Under the pieces are notes generated by a model. It had not been told where the DNA came from. It made no database searches and saw nothing but the letters and a program-made list of their open reading frames with translations. A DNA stretch of 64,000 nucleotides. Source: Basidiobolus meristosporus CBS 931.73. Taxonomy: Eukaryota; Fungi; Basidiobolomycota. Numbering within the stretch: position 1 is the stretch's first letter; the number at the start of each line of letters is the position of its first letter. Shown piece after piece: positions 1 to 13,941 of the stretch. The stretch covers positions 186,001-250,000 of the forward strand of contig MCFE01000007.1 of the NCBI GenBank assembly GCA_002104905.1. The letters run 5' to 3'. Both the position numbers and the translations under genes were made by a program.

Positions 1-3000
1 TAATTGGCTCGAATCTAAAACATGAGGTAGGAGACTGAATACGTGACATGTGCAACCTCGCCCAGAAGCAGCGTCACTCGCCAGTAAAACTGGTGATTTG
101 GTTTTGTGGTGGCCAGCTAATAGCGCTTGGCTTAAGAAAGGCGATGGTTAGCTTCGAGCGCAGAAATCCGGAAACTGCGATACAGAGAATACTTGTCAAT
201 TTCTTTTTGTTGGTGGATTTTATTTTGCACTGCTTTTCAGTAATCGGTTGCTGAAGTCTTTATATGGTATGCGATGTGTGAACTATTTCGTGTCATGAAC
301 AAACTCTTGACGCTTTTACTCCGAGACCCCTCAAATGGAGAGAGGAGTCCCACTAATCCCAATCGTCTGAATATCACCAACTTTCGCGCTATCAGTTAGC
401 CCGAAGAATCCAGCTGGAGTATAATTTAGTATATATGGGGTACTAGGGATTTTTTATTTTTACCTAGTAATAGTGAGCAACGCAACTCCTGATAAACGAG
501 AAATTGCTGGCATTTGATTCTGTCGATATTTCGTATCAAATCATTATTTATGCTACTTTAGAAGGATTCGTGACCTCATTGATGGTCCCTAACCTAAATT
601 ATCTTGGTCTTAGAATTGAGATACCCATGTCCTCACCAAAGAAGGCAGTCACTGAGTCTTATCTCCCTGGCTATATCATGTGATACATGACGCACTCTTC
701 ATAATCAAATCGTTACATCACGTCCTGGTACCGATATGTGTCAGCTAATATCAACAGATATTTAAATGATATTTTTCTTTGTGTTTGGATTCATGCCACT
801 ATGGTGGATACTTTGGTCTGGAGACCTTTGGGATTAGTATCAACCATCATTTCTGACCCACATTTGCTTAACTACGAATCATGCTACTTCGGAGTTTATA
901 CCATATCTCCCTTACCTGCACAGCAACATTCCTATATAATATCCTCTTAATCTCTACGCTATTTCGTGGTCCTAGCGGTATGCGTATGGAATACATACCC
1001 AAAGTATATTTTTACCTTCTATCACAATGCGTATCCTCTAAGACTGATTATGCCTCTTCTAGGTTTGATACCTATATAATATTGCTACTAGGGATTTAGT
1101 ACCACGATTACCCTGTTGTGATTGATTGTTATGGGAATCTAAGACGTAACATCACTTTGACACTGTTAGGAGCACAGCTTCAGTATCCGATGAACTACAC
1201 TGCTGCCGCCCCTTTATTTTCCGACCAGGCAGAGGAAGCATACGGAAAAGCAGTATAAGAGTATTTCGAAAAATTTGTAGTCTTGTAAACAAGGTTCAAC
1301 CGGGTGTATATATTTTCACATTACTTGGCATATTCGAGTTCGGATAATGCATTCACAAATCAAAGCGCTGGAATGCAGTTGCTGTGTATGAGTGGATATT
1401 CTGCAGGGCCATCAACTGTAGGTGATGGTATACATACGCATATTAAAATCAGATATCAGTTAAAATGAACCCCTGAACATGTGTACGCACGGATCCGTTA
1501 TTGCGACATACAAACATTTATAGAGATCTCTTGTACTCCAAGTGGGCTCATACATTAGCTTCACCCTTTTAGAATGATTATCTTGACGATCAAACCTTAA
1601 GTGTGGTTGAATACTTGACTAGACAAAAATAGTGCAATAATCATGATCATCGTTCGAAGTGATTCACTTCGGTATCAGTATGTTTTAAGTCACTGCAGAA
1701 ACAACTATGCGTACCTCAAAAATATCGGATAATTGAGTGATCATTATTGATCCCACATTACACTGAATGGTATTCGAGAATGACAATTTTTAAAATGGCT
1801 TGCTACTTACCCCAATAGGATATTCGAATAGCATAGCGTGTGAAGCAAGCACATCGCACCACCGATTTTGAGAAAAAGGGTGTATTTTTCGGTTGAATGG
1901 GGGCAAAGTACGATTATTTGGCACATTTTGAGCAGAATGGTAGGGGTTCAAGTTGTCATTGCTGAAATTTCAACTGTTGCCAACATTATGTCTCTATTAT
2001 TAGTAGCTCTTCCACATTTGAACGCTATACAGTTGAGGTTTAGGATGTTGAATGGCATATCCTTATAAATAGGGTATAGATCGAAGTATATATAGTCTGT
2101 TCAATTTATACTTGTAATTTGCTTAATTCTTTGAATGATACTGTCAAACCGGCGTATTCTTTTTTTGACTTGGGTCATTTTTCTTGGTCAACCAAGATAC
2201 AGACCTCATTACTATTGTGACGCTAATAAATAACTAATTGGAGAACTCCTACTGATGATTGTGTTCGCTGTACCGGTGCTGAACGGAGTTTTGTAACTCT
2301 CTTCATTCTATGCAGAACTTTCCCCCCTCTACAAGGATTCCCCGTTACCGTAAGGAGCGTTTTATATTTCACACTAGACGACTACTTGCTTACTAATCTT
2401 GCAAGAGACCTATGACTAAATTGTAAGCACGTCACTGCAATTTACGAAATGCCAAGCATTCCCGACGGATACGTATTTCACATCAATCAAGTCGTGCAGT
2501 TTGTGGACCCAGTGTACAACACGGAATAGAAAGGGTAGCAATATCGGCGTGGATTCTTGTATCCCGTGCCCACTCATCTCTTGATCTGGTTCCATGAAAC
2601 AAGATGCGTTACAGATCAAGAAAAAGGTTGGAGTCACCGAGCAAAACTTATGACACCGAAAATGATAGGCTCCTCATATCCATATACAGTTTCATGTACA
2701 TAGCGGTCAACCGGGAATAAGGCCAGCATAAGGCCTCGGGTATATCGGACTGCGCTGAGTGCACATAATAAAGCCGGTATGTGAAGATTCTTATGACCCA
2801 TCGGTTGCAGAGTTAGTGTTTGAAATAAAGCAAACCAAAATATTGTTACATGAAAGTAATGGCTGATCTGTTCCATAGTTTCATATTGCTTGGTGGTTTA
2901 GATTGGTTGGTCATGCAATTAATGTTGTTGTCCTTGTGCTCCACAATTGCTGCTTATATGCATGAGAAAATGAGGCACCTGTCTGTGTATTTATACGTTG

Positions 3001-3355
3001 ATTTGAGTCATTCTTATTATACAACGACCCTTGAAAGTTCCTAGAAAACGTACTCATTTTTGCATATTATAGGTGCTCAATAGAGCTTAGCCGCGGCAGC
3101 ACCACTATCTACCGTATCGCCTTTCTTTATAGAAATCTATTGTGATAGCCTCCAGTTTAGCAAGTAGACTATTATTTCCCAAGGGACCACGCAAATATCG
3201 AACTTTTGCTTTCAGTGCAGTATTACTCAACTACTGGGCAATCATCAATTTCAGAAAGGACTGCAAGCAGAAGCGAATAGTAGCTAGCGGCGATGGCGAA
3301 TGTCCAGGGGTTATTGATACTATTCTAGACATTCAAGTACGGGAAATAGTGCAAA

Positions 3356-5726
3356 ATGACCCATATACAGAGAAGCTTGCTATCGCTTTCACCATTTGAC
3401 TACAAAGTAAATAATTTGAAATATGAGGCCTTTCGCTCTCCCCTCAGCCCGATATCTGCAACGTTTGAAATTTTGAAAGCCCAGTTGGAAGATGAGCAAG
3501 ATATAATTCAGAATTCCACTCTGACAAGAGCCCAAATAGTACACAAACTGACAAGTATCCTGCGGAGAGCCGCCTCTAATGGAGACTCACTCAAAGTAAC
3601 GAAATTGCTGCAAGTGGCGCGTGACTATATTGAGATTGACGGGTCGGATGAAGATGGGACAACCGCATTAATTTTTGCCTCGTGTTTTGGCTATACGAGT
3701 ATTGTTCAGACTCTTTTACAGAATGGCGCAAATCCTAATGTGGCTGATAAAAGTAAGCCTCAGTGATGTATCATTATCGAGCAGTGACAACACAATACTA
3801 ACTAAGTTTTTAAGTTGGCTGGACGCCGTTAATGTGGGCTACGAATGGCCATCAGGATGTTATAGTCGCTACTCTGTTGAAGTATGGTGCCTCCATGAAA
3901 GTCAAGTCGTTCAAGGGCAGGACTGTGACGGACTTCGCAAATCACTCACTTGTTAATGAAAATGGACAATATCAACGGATAATGGAAATTCTATCCGATT
4001 CAAAGGATGGGGCCAGTACTTTTATCAGCAACTGTGAGAGTGGCTATTACACCACGACTCCAGCAGACGTTGAAAGCATAGTAAGCAATAGCGATATCCT
4101 AAAAAAGATGGCAATGAATCAAATGAGAAAAAGCAACAGTCATTCGATGAATTTTCGTTTTAGTTACTACGGGGTAAGTACGACACGCCACAAGAGCACA
4201 GTTGGAGGATGGCTATCATCAACACCGTTGCTAACAACCTAATCGCAACCAACTAGGATTTCGAAGATAGCATATACGATTTTTCATGGGAAACGATTCA
4301 GCCTCACCAGATGTTTGTGTTCACATACGGAGCGCTCGATATGTTGCTTGACAAGATAATAGTGGAGATTCAGCCACAGCACTCAGGAAAACAGAAATTC
4401 CTTCCTGCCAATATACTGTTCCTAGCCGCTCGATATGTCATCTTTTTATCCGACATGGAGCTCCTGGAGGACCTTATGGCTCAATCATTTCAACGGATAC
4501 TGAGTGTTGTCAAGGTACCGATTTTCATTCAGGACTACTTTTTGACTTCGAAATATAACCCGATTCCAACCTATTTCCTCTAGAGGGATTCAGAAGATAT
4601 TTCATCCTTGGCATTCTGGCTTTCTAATTGTACCTTATTGTTGTATTATTTGAAAAAGGACTCCAGTTTTGTCACCACCGTTGTTGAGCATCAATTGAAT
4701 CTTTCGGAAATGGTCCATGAGATCTATCAGATGTTCATCCAACAAGTATGTCAACTTATTGACCATGTATTAGAACCGGCAATGCTAATTCATGAAGCCC
4801 TGCCAGGCATGGGTGATGTGAAATTTGTGGCCGAGCGTCGAAACTTTTTATTCTCTGGCAAGAAGACCTTTACACCCCCGCCCACATCACGAACCAACCA
4901 ATACACATCTCGACGCAAAGCACAAACGGCAAACCGACATAACGGCAATACGCAATCGATACCGACTCCGAAGGCACTATGCTGTGTGTTATCGTCTACA
5001 CTCATAATCCTTCACTCGTACGAGGTTCATCCAACGATCATCCATTCGACATTAAATCAGCTATTTTACTACATATCTGCCGAGATCTTTAACCTGGTGT
5101 TAACAACCAAAGAGTACTGCTGTAGAATCAAGGCTATGCAAGTTCGAATGAATCTCTCGGTGATCGAAGATTGGGTTCACGCCAATCGGCTGCCCCAGAT
5201 CCTCAATCAGCATTTCAACTCTCTTGTCCAGATGCTTCAATTTCTGCAGTGTCTTTCTCAGCTATCGGACTTGATGGAGTTGATTACAACAACAAATGAC
5301 CTTCACTCTCTCAACCATTTACAGTTGTATCGCCTCACTATAAACTATAGATACGAGGTCGGGGAACGGCCACTCTCGGAAGAAATCACGCAGTATTTAG
5401 AGCAGGTGGCTAAAGACACCTGCAACGTGAAAATTCGTGCACAAAACGAGGCTAATGAGTTGGGGAAACGAAAGCCCAATGTCCGGGAGGAAAACGTGGA
5501 CACCATGTCTATTCATGGCGAATCAGGGAGATTGAACGCAAACGCCAATATAGAGGAGCTGGAGGAGCTAATGGATTCAACACATGCACTGCCATTTGCT
5601 ATACCAACCAACACCGAGATGTTATGTGGGTGGGGGCGGAGTGGAAGAGAATACACTCCTTACCTACCCGACAGCTTTTTAGAGGAGTTTGATAGAAGAA
5701 TGAAGCTACTGAAAGCCGATGACTAG
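3356..5726 (+). CDS. Ankyrin-repeat + Dilute (DIL) domain protein, spliced
   Basis: Ankyrin motifs DEDGTTALIFASCFG and, across intron ~3753-3814, DKIGWTPLMWATNGH. C-terminal exon 4608-5726 has DIL-type segments (QLFYYISAEIFNLVL, MQVRMNLSVIEDW, LNHLQLYRLTINYRYE). Further introns near 4150-4255 and 4516-4582. Confidence 0.85.
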
Positions 5727-7538
5727 AAAAGCAAGCATTTTGCTTACCTAATTCTTATTATCTTCTTGTACATTATTTTTGCAAATTATTACTTTGTCTA
5801 ACATAAAAACCATCAAGTCCGTACAATAGGCAACTTAGAGTTTTTTCTTTAATAAGTAGGCTGCCTGAACGGTATCTCTTTCAAATCGTGTATTCTTCAT
5901 GTTTATTACCTAATCTCTTGTCCTTGAGGACCATTAACAATGGACTGTCCAACCTATTAAGATACTAAACTTCGTATTGGTATACAAGATATGCCGGGAA
6001 TATGCTTGTTGCAATACTGTTCAATGTGTGATTTCCAAACTGCTTGTGACAATTTGTATCGATATGGCAGGCCTCCACCCGCAATCGAGGCCCTTTAGAC
6101 CTAGAACGTATGTTTCTGTGCGATAATTGACAAACATGTTGATATGTGGCATCACTCTGCAAATGCCTTCATTCTTTGCGTTTGATTTGCATCCAAAGCT
6201 CCGCAGCCGTTGCTGCCCTGATTGAAGGAAACCCAATATAGTTCTGGAGAAATCAGATCATATGATTCGAGATAAAACGTCTTGTCCAATGGAGTTCTCA
6301 ATGTCGATTTCCTCGATCGTAGTTATGAGGTTGGTGACGAGGGCTGCATCATCCGTTTCGGTGAAATGGGAGATCCATCAAATATCATGAATCTCCTGTA
6401 CATCGTTTCAATCACCTTGATGCCATTGGAAACTACCCAATGATTAATGGGATGAATTGTGCATCATTCCAGCTATCAAGGCGTGCTACTATTCGACAAG
6501 TTTCGAGGACGAGTGCTGGTGAGTGTAGAGCTGACCACCCAGGAGGTGAAGTGCAGCGCGTAGTAGATCCGGCCAAGGGTGGCTCTGCATGCACAAGGGT
6601 CTACAACACCTCTCCATGCTGAATACAGGACTGTTGATGAAAGGATTTCTGCAGTTCCCTAACTGGTTTCAGCAGACATGTTCTACAACTCATTTGGATG
6701 GTGTACCGTGAAAATAGCTTACTTCTGAGCATTTGCGCTTGGTCACACCCATCAGCATTGTTTAAGTAGTCAATCGATTTAGTATGGGCATGCCTTATTC
6801 AGCCACAATAATACATGAGATTCTGAAGAATATCACCTAGAGTACTGATGCACTCAAATCATACGACTAGTTGGATTACAAACCCCAATATTAATTAATC
6901 CTTCATCTTCAAATTTACACAGCATAATGGTTTTGCATGTTACATCACACATTCTATGGTCTTTCCTCAAACCATCTCTCCATAGCGGCCCTGACAATAA
7001 GCCTCCAACAACCTCCCTTCGTTGGCGTTAGAGTTTTGGCTGCCCTGGGCACCATGTGGGCACCTTCTATGCTATCAGACGCCTCTGTCTGTCTTCATAT
7101 ATGACGACAGATTCCATGGCCGACAGCAACTCTGTAAAACTCCTCCGAATCATTCGAGGCGTTTCAATTGCTTGATTTCTTGGAATTTTTCCATGATCTT
7201 CAATTTCCTGACTATTTTATTATTAATAACAAATTGTACTAATTAATTAAAGATTCATAATGAAATAAGCTTGGTCAAAACTTAATTTAGTCAAACATTT
7301 CGATAACCAGGTTTCGGCAGATACTCTGCGTTATCCTTTCCAACTTATCCTTCAACACAGGCTAGATTGCTACGGTCAGTTAAATCACCTCTCCTGCAGA
7401 CATTACTTAGCCTATTGTAATCTTTCGAGAGGACCATAAAGTTAGTCCTTCGTCGATAGCTGTGTTCGTCATCGCTTTGTCTCATTCTTTGTTGTTTCCC
7501 GTCAGCTCATAGAGAAGTAATTCAACGATTTTGCCGAG

Positions 7539-8644
7539 ATGGTTTTGTATAAATTAGTCGTTCTTGGTGACGGTGGTGTTGGCAAGGTAAATGACTATTA
7601 TCCATCTGCCTCCCGTTGTGGAGCCACGGGCTTCCAATCGTCATATTAACGGCCTCTTTCATATGGCATCTTTAGACTGCGCTTACCATTCAGGTTGGTT
7701 ATCCATTTTAACTGGCCAAAATATCTGGATTTCCAGTCCAATGTAGTTTGACCTTGCTTGCTATGACACCAATTTCGTGACTTGACATGCGGAATACACT
7801 AACTCTTCTTGCTTACTTTACTATAGCTCTGCCTAAATCACTTTGTCGGTGAGTACTGTATTGCACTCCGTTTGTTTTTTTCACAAGTTAACTGTGTTTG
7901 TTGATATTTGGAATATGTAAACTTTCAATATGCAGAGGTATGAGCCCTATCATCATAACTATCTTCAGAAATAGCTCGTGCATTTACTAGTGGTCATTTT
8001 AGACATACGATCCTACCATTGAAGACTCTTACCGCAAGCAAGTTGTCATTGATGAGCAATCTTGCATGCTCGAAGTTCTCGATACAGCTGGACAAGGTAC
8101 AGCTAGAGCAATTTTCTCTTCACTCCTTACTCCGCAAGTTATTTTGGTCGCAATCATCTATTTTCCAAGGAAAAAGCTAACTGAGTTTTGCAGAGGAGTA
8201 TACTGCCTTACGCGATCAGTGGATTAGGTTCATAAACAGGTTGAAACTTGCTTTGTCAACCTCTATTAACGCCAGTTTTACTTTAGAGACGGCGAGGGGT
8301 TCTTGGTCGTCTATTCTATTTCTTCCCGTTCTACCTTTGAGCGAGTTGAACGATTCCGCGATCAAATCATTCGTGTAAAAGATACAGACAGGGTCCCTAT
8401 CATGCTCGTTGGCAATAAATGCGATAAAATCAATGAGCGCGAGGTATCTAAAGAAGAGGGCCTTGGAATGGCACGAAGACTAGGCTGCGAATTTATCGAA
8501 ACCTCGGCCAAGACGTCGGTGAATGTGGAAAAGGCATTTTACACGGTTGTCAGAACGATCCGTACAATCCGAGAAGGAAGTAGCCGAACAGGTAGCAACC
8601 CGGGCGAGAAGAAAAAGAAAAAGAGCAAGTGCCTTATTTTATAG
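7539..8644 (+). CDS. RAS2: Ras GTPase (fungal Ras2-type), 7 exons, 191 aa
   Basis: Exons 7539-7586, 7676-7693, 7827-7848, 7936-7937, 8003-8096, 8194-8227, 8287-8644 total 576 nt. They give [43 protein letters not shown]...DTAGQEEY...NKCD...ETSAK...[11 protein letters not shown], with all G-boxes and a CAAX. Confidence 0.95.
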
Positions 8645-10899
8645 TTGGCTCCGTTATTCCGTGGCCAGCCTTGAATTCTCATCCTTCACTTTTTACCCAC
8701 TCTTGAGTTTAGTTTTGACTGTTATCCACCTGGTCACCTTTTTTCTTTGCAAGCAAAAGGTTAATTCTACATAGAAATCTTGGGTTCTTTGACTTGACTT
8801 CGCCTTGATTTCATGACCAAATTTCGTGAGATTCTTTCTCCTACATTTTGTTAATTTACTGGAGCCTTCGACCCTTTAGTCCTTAATCTGTTTTATCGTC
8901 CAAGGCTTTACATCCCATTTATTAACATTACTGATCCACATTAGTAACGTTTTCTTTATCATTACTCCTACAATTAAATCTATGTTTGTCCTTTAAATCA
9001 ATAGAAAACCGAAAAATCAAAAATAATAGACCTTTTAACGCGATTATGCTAATCATGAAAGATGGCTTGGAGAAGCCTGCCACTGATATTGGGAAATCAA
9101 TTCTACAGCGGATTCCACGAGACCTGGCGTAAGATGGTCCCGGGCCTTGTCACTGAGTGGTCTTACCACGACATACGGGCCTGTTTGCCTTGCTAGCATA
9201 TCCCCTCTCACATTTACCCAGATTTAGGTAGTTGTCACCAGCTCGTTGCCTGACCGCTATGGTCATTTAATTAAACAGTTGCTGGAACAGTTGATCACTT
9301 TGATATATCGCAACTTCAGCCGCCTAATCGAGTCTGCGTGCCCGTTTGGTGTACGATGAATGCTCATTCTTGAGTGCACTATGCAGCGCATACGGGCAGC
9401 TCGGAGTGTTTCTCCTTATGCCTGTTCAAGTAACAGTGATGTAAAGGTATTCACACGACTCTTCACTAGCAAATCAGAGGGATGGCTGGACCTCCTAAAT
9501 GCGTGATTTGGTTATCAGAACTATGCATCCAGGCTTGATCACAATGCTGTACTAAACACGACTCCCTCACGCCAATCAGTTCGGGATGCGGAGTTTAGCC
9601 TAAATAAGGACATCCAAATAGATGAATTCGAAGTTTCTCATCAGCATAAATGTGTATTCTTGTCTATGCACACATAAATCATTGCTGAGATCTCCCCAAC
9701 CAAGGGCGTGCTGCCCAGCAGATGCCGTCAATGGTGGATTTCTGAAACCCCATAAACCAAAATTAATTCCAATATACAGACACAACATCGAGAACACATA
9801 GTGATTTCTTTGTTTTGACTATTCAGGCTAGTGTGACAGGTTTGTAACCCACTGGGCACCAATTATGGCTCAGGGGCAATGCCAGTAGGAACTCAGTGAA
9901 GTCGGCATTCCAAATGGTACTCTTCCAGAGCAAGCACTGCGTAGACGTCTTCGCTCTCTCAAGCGCCTGGATCTGGTGCTTATAGAGGCATTCTAGAGAT
10001 GTGCATCTGTCTTGGTCTTAAACGAAAACACATATTAAGCTTTATCTCGCGCAGTGGATGCCGTGCTTGAGATTATCCTCGATGTGTTCCATGTTTATAT
10101 TTGGTCTCTGAGTAATATTCCGCTTGCATCATGATTCCCCGATATTATTCCTAGCTGATAGATCTGGTGATGACTTCGAGAAAGCCAATTCTAACAATCT
10201 TCGGGAGTGTTGCATTAGGATTAGGTTTCATGACTGTATGAGGTTTCGGCCTTGACAACCGTTATGATTAAATTGATACCTGTTCGAACAATGGGAGTGA
10301 CAGCAGTACCTACTGAGCTCGCAACGGCATTCATTCCCGGGATTACGAATACACCTGACTCTATACTAGTTTGGAAACAGTAATACCTAAACGCCAAGTG
10401 GATGTCAGCTTCCATAGCTTGCTTCATCAGCCTCGAAACGACGCATGCGCCACTGATTGGAGAGTAGGCTTAATTAATCTGAGTGGTTTTCCTAATCCTA
10501 AATCGCTCTGGGTAGCCCCTTTCCAACTCTAACCTCCTAAAGCGAATCCAGAGGTGTTGTGAGCATGTGGACTTCGAATCACGAAAACGCTAATTGTTGG
10601 CTGGGTTCTTGACCCCGAGATTCCATTCTGCGTTTCAGGAGAATCCCATCTGCCTATTTCCACTGACCAATGGCGATCATCAGCCACATAGCATCAAGTT
10701 TAATGAAAATCTCTCCAATCCGGCCAATGCTCCAACCTAGTGGTGCGAAATGCATTCGAGACGGTGCGCCCGAGTATCTTGTAAATACTACCCGTTTAAC
10801 CGATGGGATTACAGATTAGACAACAAGGGTTGTTCAAGGTAATTGAGCAGACACCGCTACACTTGGGTCGCTGGCTGCAAAATCAATCCCTATCTTGCT

Positions 10900-11200
10900 C
10901 CGTGGCCAATCAAGGCACAGGCGATCTTGTTTGTAGGCTAAGCCATCAGCGAGGTGGTGATACACGGTTCAGGCTGCACATGACCGGCCTTGACGTTATT
11001 GTTGCTGGATGAGCCAAGGCTTATAAAATTATTAATGAACAAGCTGAGTGGATACGCCCCTAGGGTTATGCTCCTGCCGAACGTAATCCCGACTCTAAAC
11101 TTCCACTCATCGTAATGCAGGGGAACGGAGCTTCTTTTCTCGAGATAGATCACAAGAGGCAGCAGGCCTGCGGTCACGTTGCGTGTGCTCATCAGCCCTC
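10900..11200 (-). mobile_element. Possible highly decayed non-LTR (LINE-like) reverse-transcriptase remnant
   Basis: Minus-strand peptides RSITLGAYPLSLFINNF and, in a shifted frame, HLADGLA loosely resemble LINE RT motifs (RQGCPLSP..F..FIND; ADDL). No intact ORF. Confidence 0.25.
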
Positions 11201-11895
11201 CAATCCAGTATTGTTAGTTTAGACTTTTGGCTTCCGAAGAATAAAATAACTACCTAGTCTAATAACATATCCCTATAATCTCGTTGGCTCTCGCTCAGCC
11301 AAATATGAAATCTCCTTTATGATTGATCATTCTGTATATCAACAACACTGACTACATGATTAGAGTTTGATAAAGCCTGGCCATTCAATTTGGCGAGATC
11401 CCGGTCATTCCATGCCAAAGCACAAGTGTTGTATCTGGCAAACCCATTCTGGGCGGCTGCCTTCCTCTCCATCATGTCAACGCATTTTCAATCGGGCCAG
11501 ATCGAATGGCTTTACAGGTTCCTGATCCCAAACTCGCCACCACCACTGCTACACGCCCTTAAATAATTTGCCGGCTATTTTTGAGGATAGCCCCTCACCA
11601 ACGCTTGATCATTTGGCTCTAATAAAGCCCCTAAATCAACGCATAATTCCCAATTCCTAAATATCGAGGTATCCCTATATGTAGAGGGCACTCATTCTCG
11701 GATTCAGAATCTCTTATATAAGCCAGCCTTGCTTATTACTCCCACCAGATCCAGATCCTCACAAGGCCATTTACACGCACGCTCCCCGCGCGAAGCCGCA
11801 CTCCGTGAATTCTATTCTCAGGGCGATAGTTGACTTCGATTTATCCTTGTATTACCTCACTATCATTCAGTAGACCCGCAGCCAGTGATATCAAA

Positions 11896-12965
11896 ATGAT
11901 GTCTCCGTGTTCTCCAAACGCCTCCATCTCTCATAGCCCGCACGTCCCTTTTCCTTGCGAAAGGCATAAAGTCCACTGTGCCAAATACTCCACTTCCTTG
12001 GACTCCAGAGGATATATACCCGTATACGAATTCACCTTCAGTGAACAGCCCATCCTGTGGGATCGCGAAACCGGCTATGTGTACTGGACTGGCATTTGGA
12101 AGGCAATGGGGCGGGAGAAGAGTGAAATCGCCAAGCTAGTGGATTCTAATCCCGAGTTGTCGAGGGAGGTAAAGAAGATCCGTGGGGGTTTTTTAAAAAT
12201 CCAAGGCACATGGTAAGTGATCTATTGTTTACCGTGATTCAATTCTCTCTTCTGACCCTGCCCATGGTTAGGCTTCCGTTCGATCAAGCATACGAACTGG
12301 CTAGAAAGACTTGTTGGTATATTCGCGATGACCTGGTTCCAGTCTTTGGTCCAAAATTTCTTCAAGATGTCCTAGAGCCATCCCACCCAGACTCATCATC
12401 CCGGGTACCGATATCGCTGACGGAGCGGAAGACGAAGGCTGCTGAACTGGCACTAGCAAAGCATAAAGCCAAAATGCTCAAGGCCAACATGGTGAGCCCT
12501 CCAGCAACGCCAATTCTTAGCGGGGAAGAAGGCTACGTACCAAAGAAAATTGCCAACAATCCAAAAAGAAAGCGAGTCTCCAAAAAGTCCCTCATTATCA
12601 ACAATGAAGGGGAGAAAGGATTCATTTCGGTAATTGCGAACGATGTGACACAAACCTCAATTTCATATCAATCACCGGTGACATATACCTTTCATGCCTC
12701 CGTATTCCCAAAGACAAACGCCATCAAGTCAAGACCAAACAAACATAGAAGAACTACTGATGAGGTTTACAACCAAGAATTCATCGAAGATCCTAAGGAG
12801 CTAAATGAGGCGGTAATAGCTAGCCTCTGTCTACAGAAGCTCTCACAAGATGACGGTTCGCGTCCACTGAATGAGATCATATGTGTAGCACCAAGCTCGT
12901 TTGTTATTGGACAGCATGAGTTCCGCTTTGTCAACGAACAATATCGCCTAAAAGCTCAATGCTAA
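11896..12965 (+). CDS. APSES/KilA-N DNA-binding protein (Xbp1/Afp1-like transcription factor)
   Basis: KYSTSLDSRGYIPVYEF...ILWDRETGYVYWTGIWKA...KIRGGFLKIQGTW, then intron 12213-12271, then LPFDQAYELARKTCWYIRDDLVPVFGPKF. Basic NLS-like KRKRVSKK follows. Confidence 0.88.
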
Positions 12966-13941
12966 ATCCTTAGCAATTGTTTATGATATTTTCTGACCAC
13001 GTCTGCAATTCCAAAAGTATTGCCTGATCTACCGATGATGACCCACTGTATATACTTTGTTCCTTTAATTTGGTTATCTAGTGTCTGTTGTCATGTTATA
13101 ATATGTCCTTGAACACTTAGAAAGAATATTGAAGTTTCACTTGCCAACAAGAACACTTAATTTCTACTGAGTATGTAGTTACATATCATTTGACAATTTC
13201 TTGTACGTACACACTCACCTTTTGACACTTAATAATAATCTTCATATTATACATTTTTGAATATTATTCACATTTTCGTGATCCCTCACTAGAAAAATCA
13301 TTTAGTGCCTACCCACATCCAATTGTGGCTTCGAACAAGACGAACTATTAAGTGCATCAGCTTCAACTCCCAGCCAAACCTATTGCAGTATTGTATTGCA
13401 ATTATTGATTTTTGACAAATTCCTTATATATTATAAGTTTGCTAATTCATAAGTTATGGATTGTTAACTTAAAGTTTAGTTCGTAAGGTACTATAGTTCT
13501 TTAAAAATTCTGAAAAACTTTTAGAACTTTTCTAATTCAAACTCATCCAAATGCCCCTTAACTTGGTACACCAGCCCCTGGGACCCTCAAAATATTCTTA
13601 TAATTAGTTTTACGAAGTTCTCCTAAAGTATAAGTTCGATTTATTTATCATAAACCAAGTGAATAACATGCAAGTCCTACAGTTCTCCGAATCCCTTGCA
13701 AGCAGGTAGCAATGAATGTGAATACCTGTTTCAAAACCGATGGAAGTCTGAGGGAATATCGCTGGTGATCCTGACTAATTGGGATTTGTAGGAAATTTTC
13801 TCCAGTGGACATCAGTGATGACATGGCTTACAACCTCGTACATTTTCAAAGAAATTTATTCATAAAATATCACCAAAATTTCAACAGTTGGCATTCATAA
13901 CGATAGGAAAAAATGGAAAAAAATTCAAATATTCAAAAACT

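Noticed and set aside
1-3300. Short ORFs at 48-3044 and 5965-7246
   Set aside because: No motifs, no consistent splice model and no coding-like composition; treated as intergenic or decayed.
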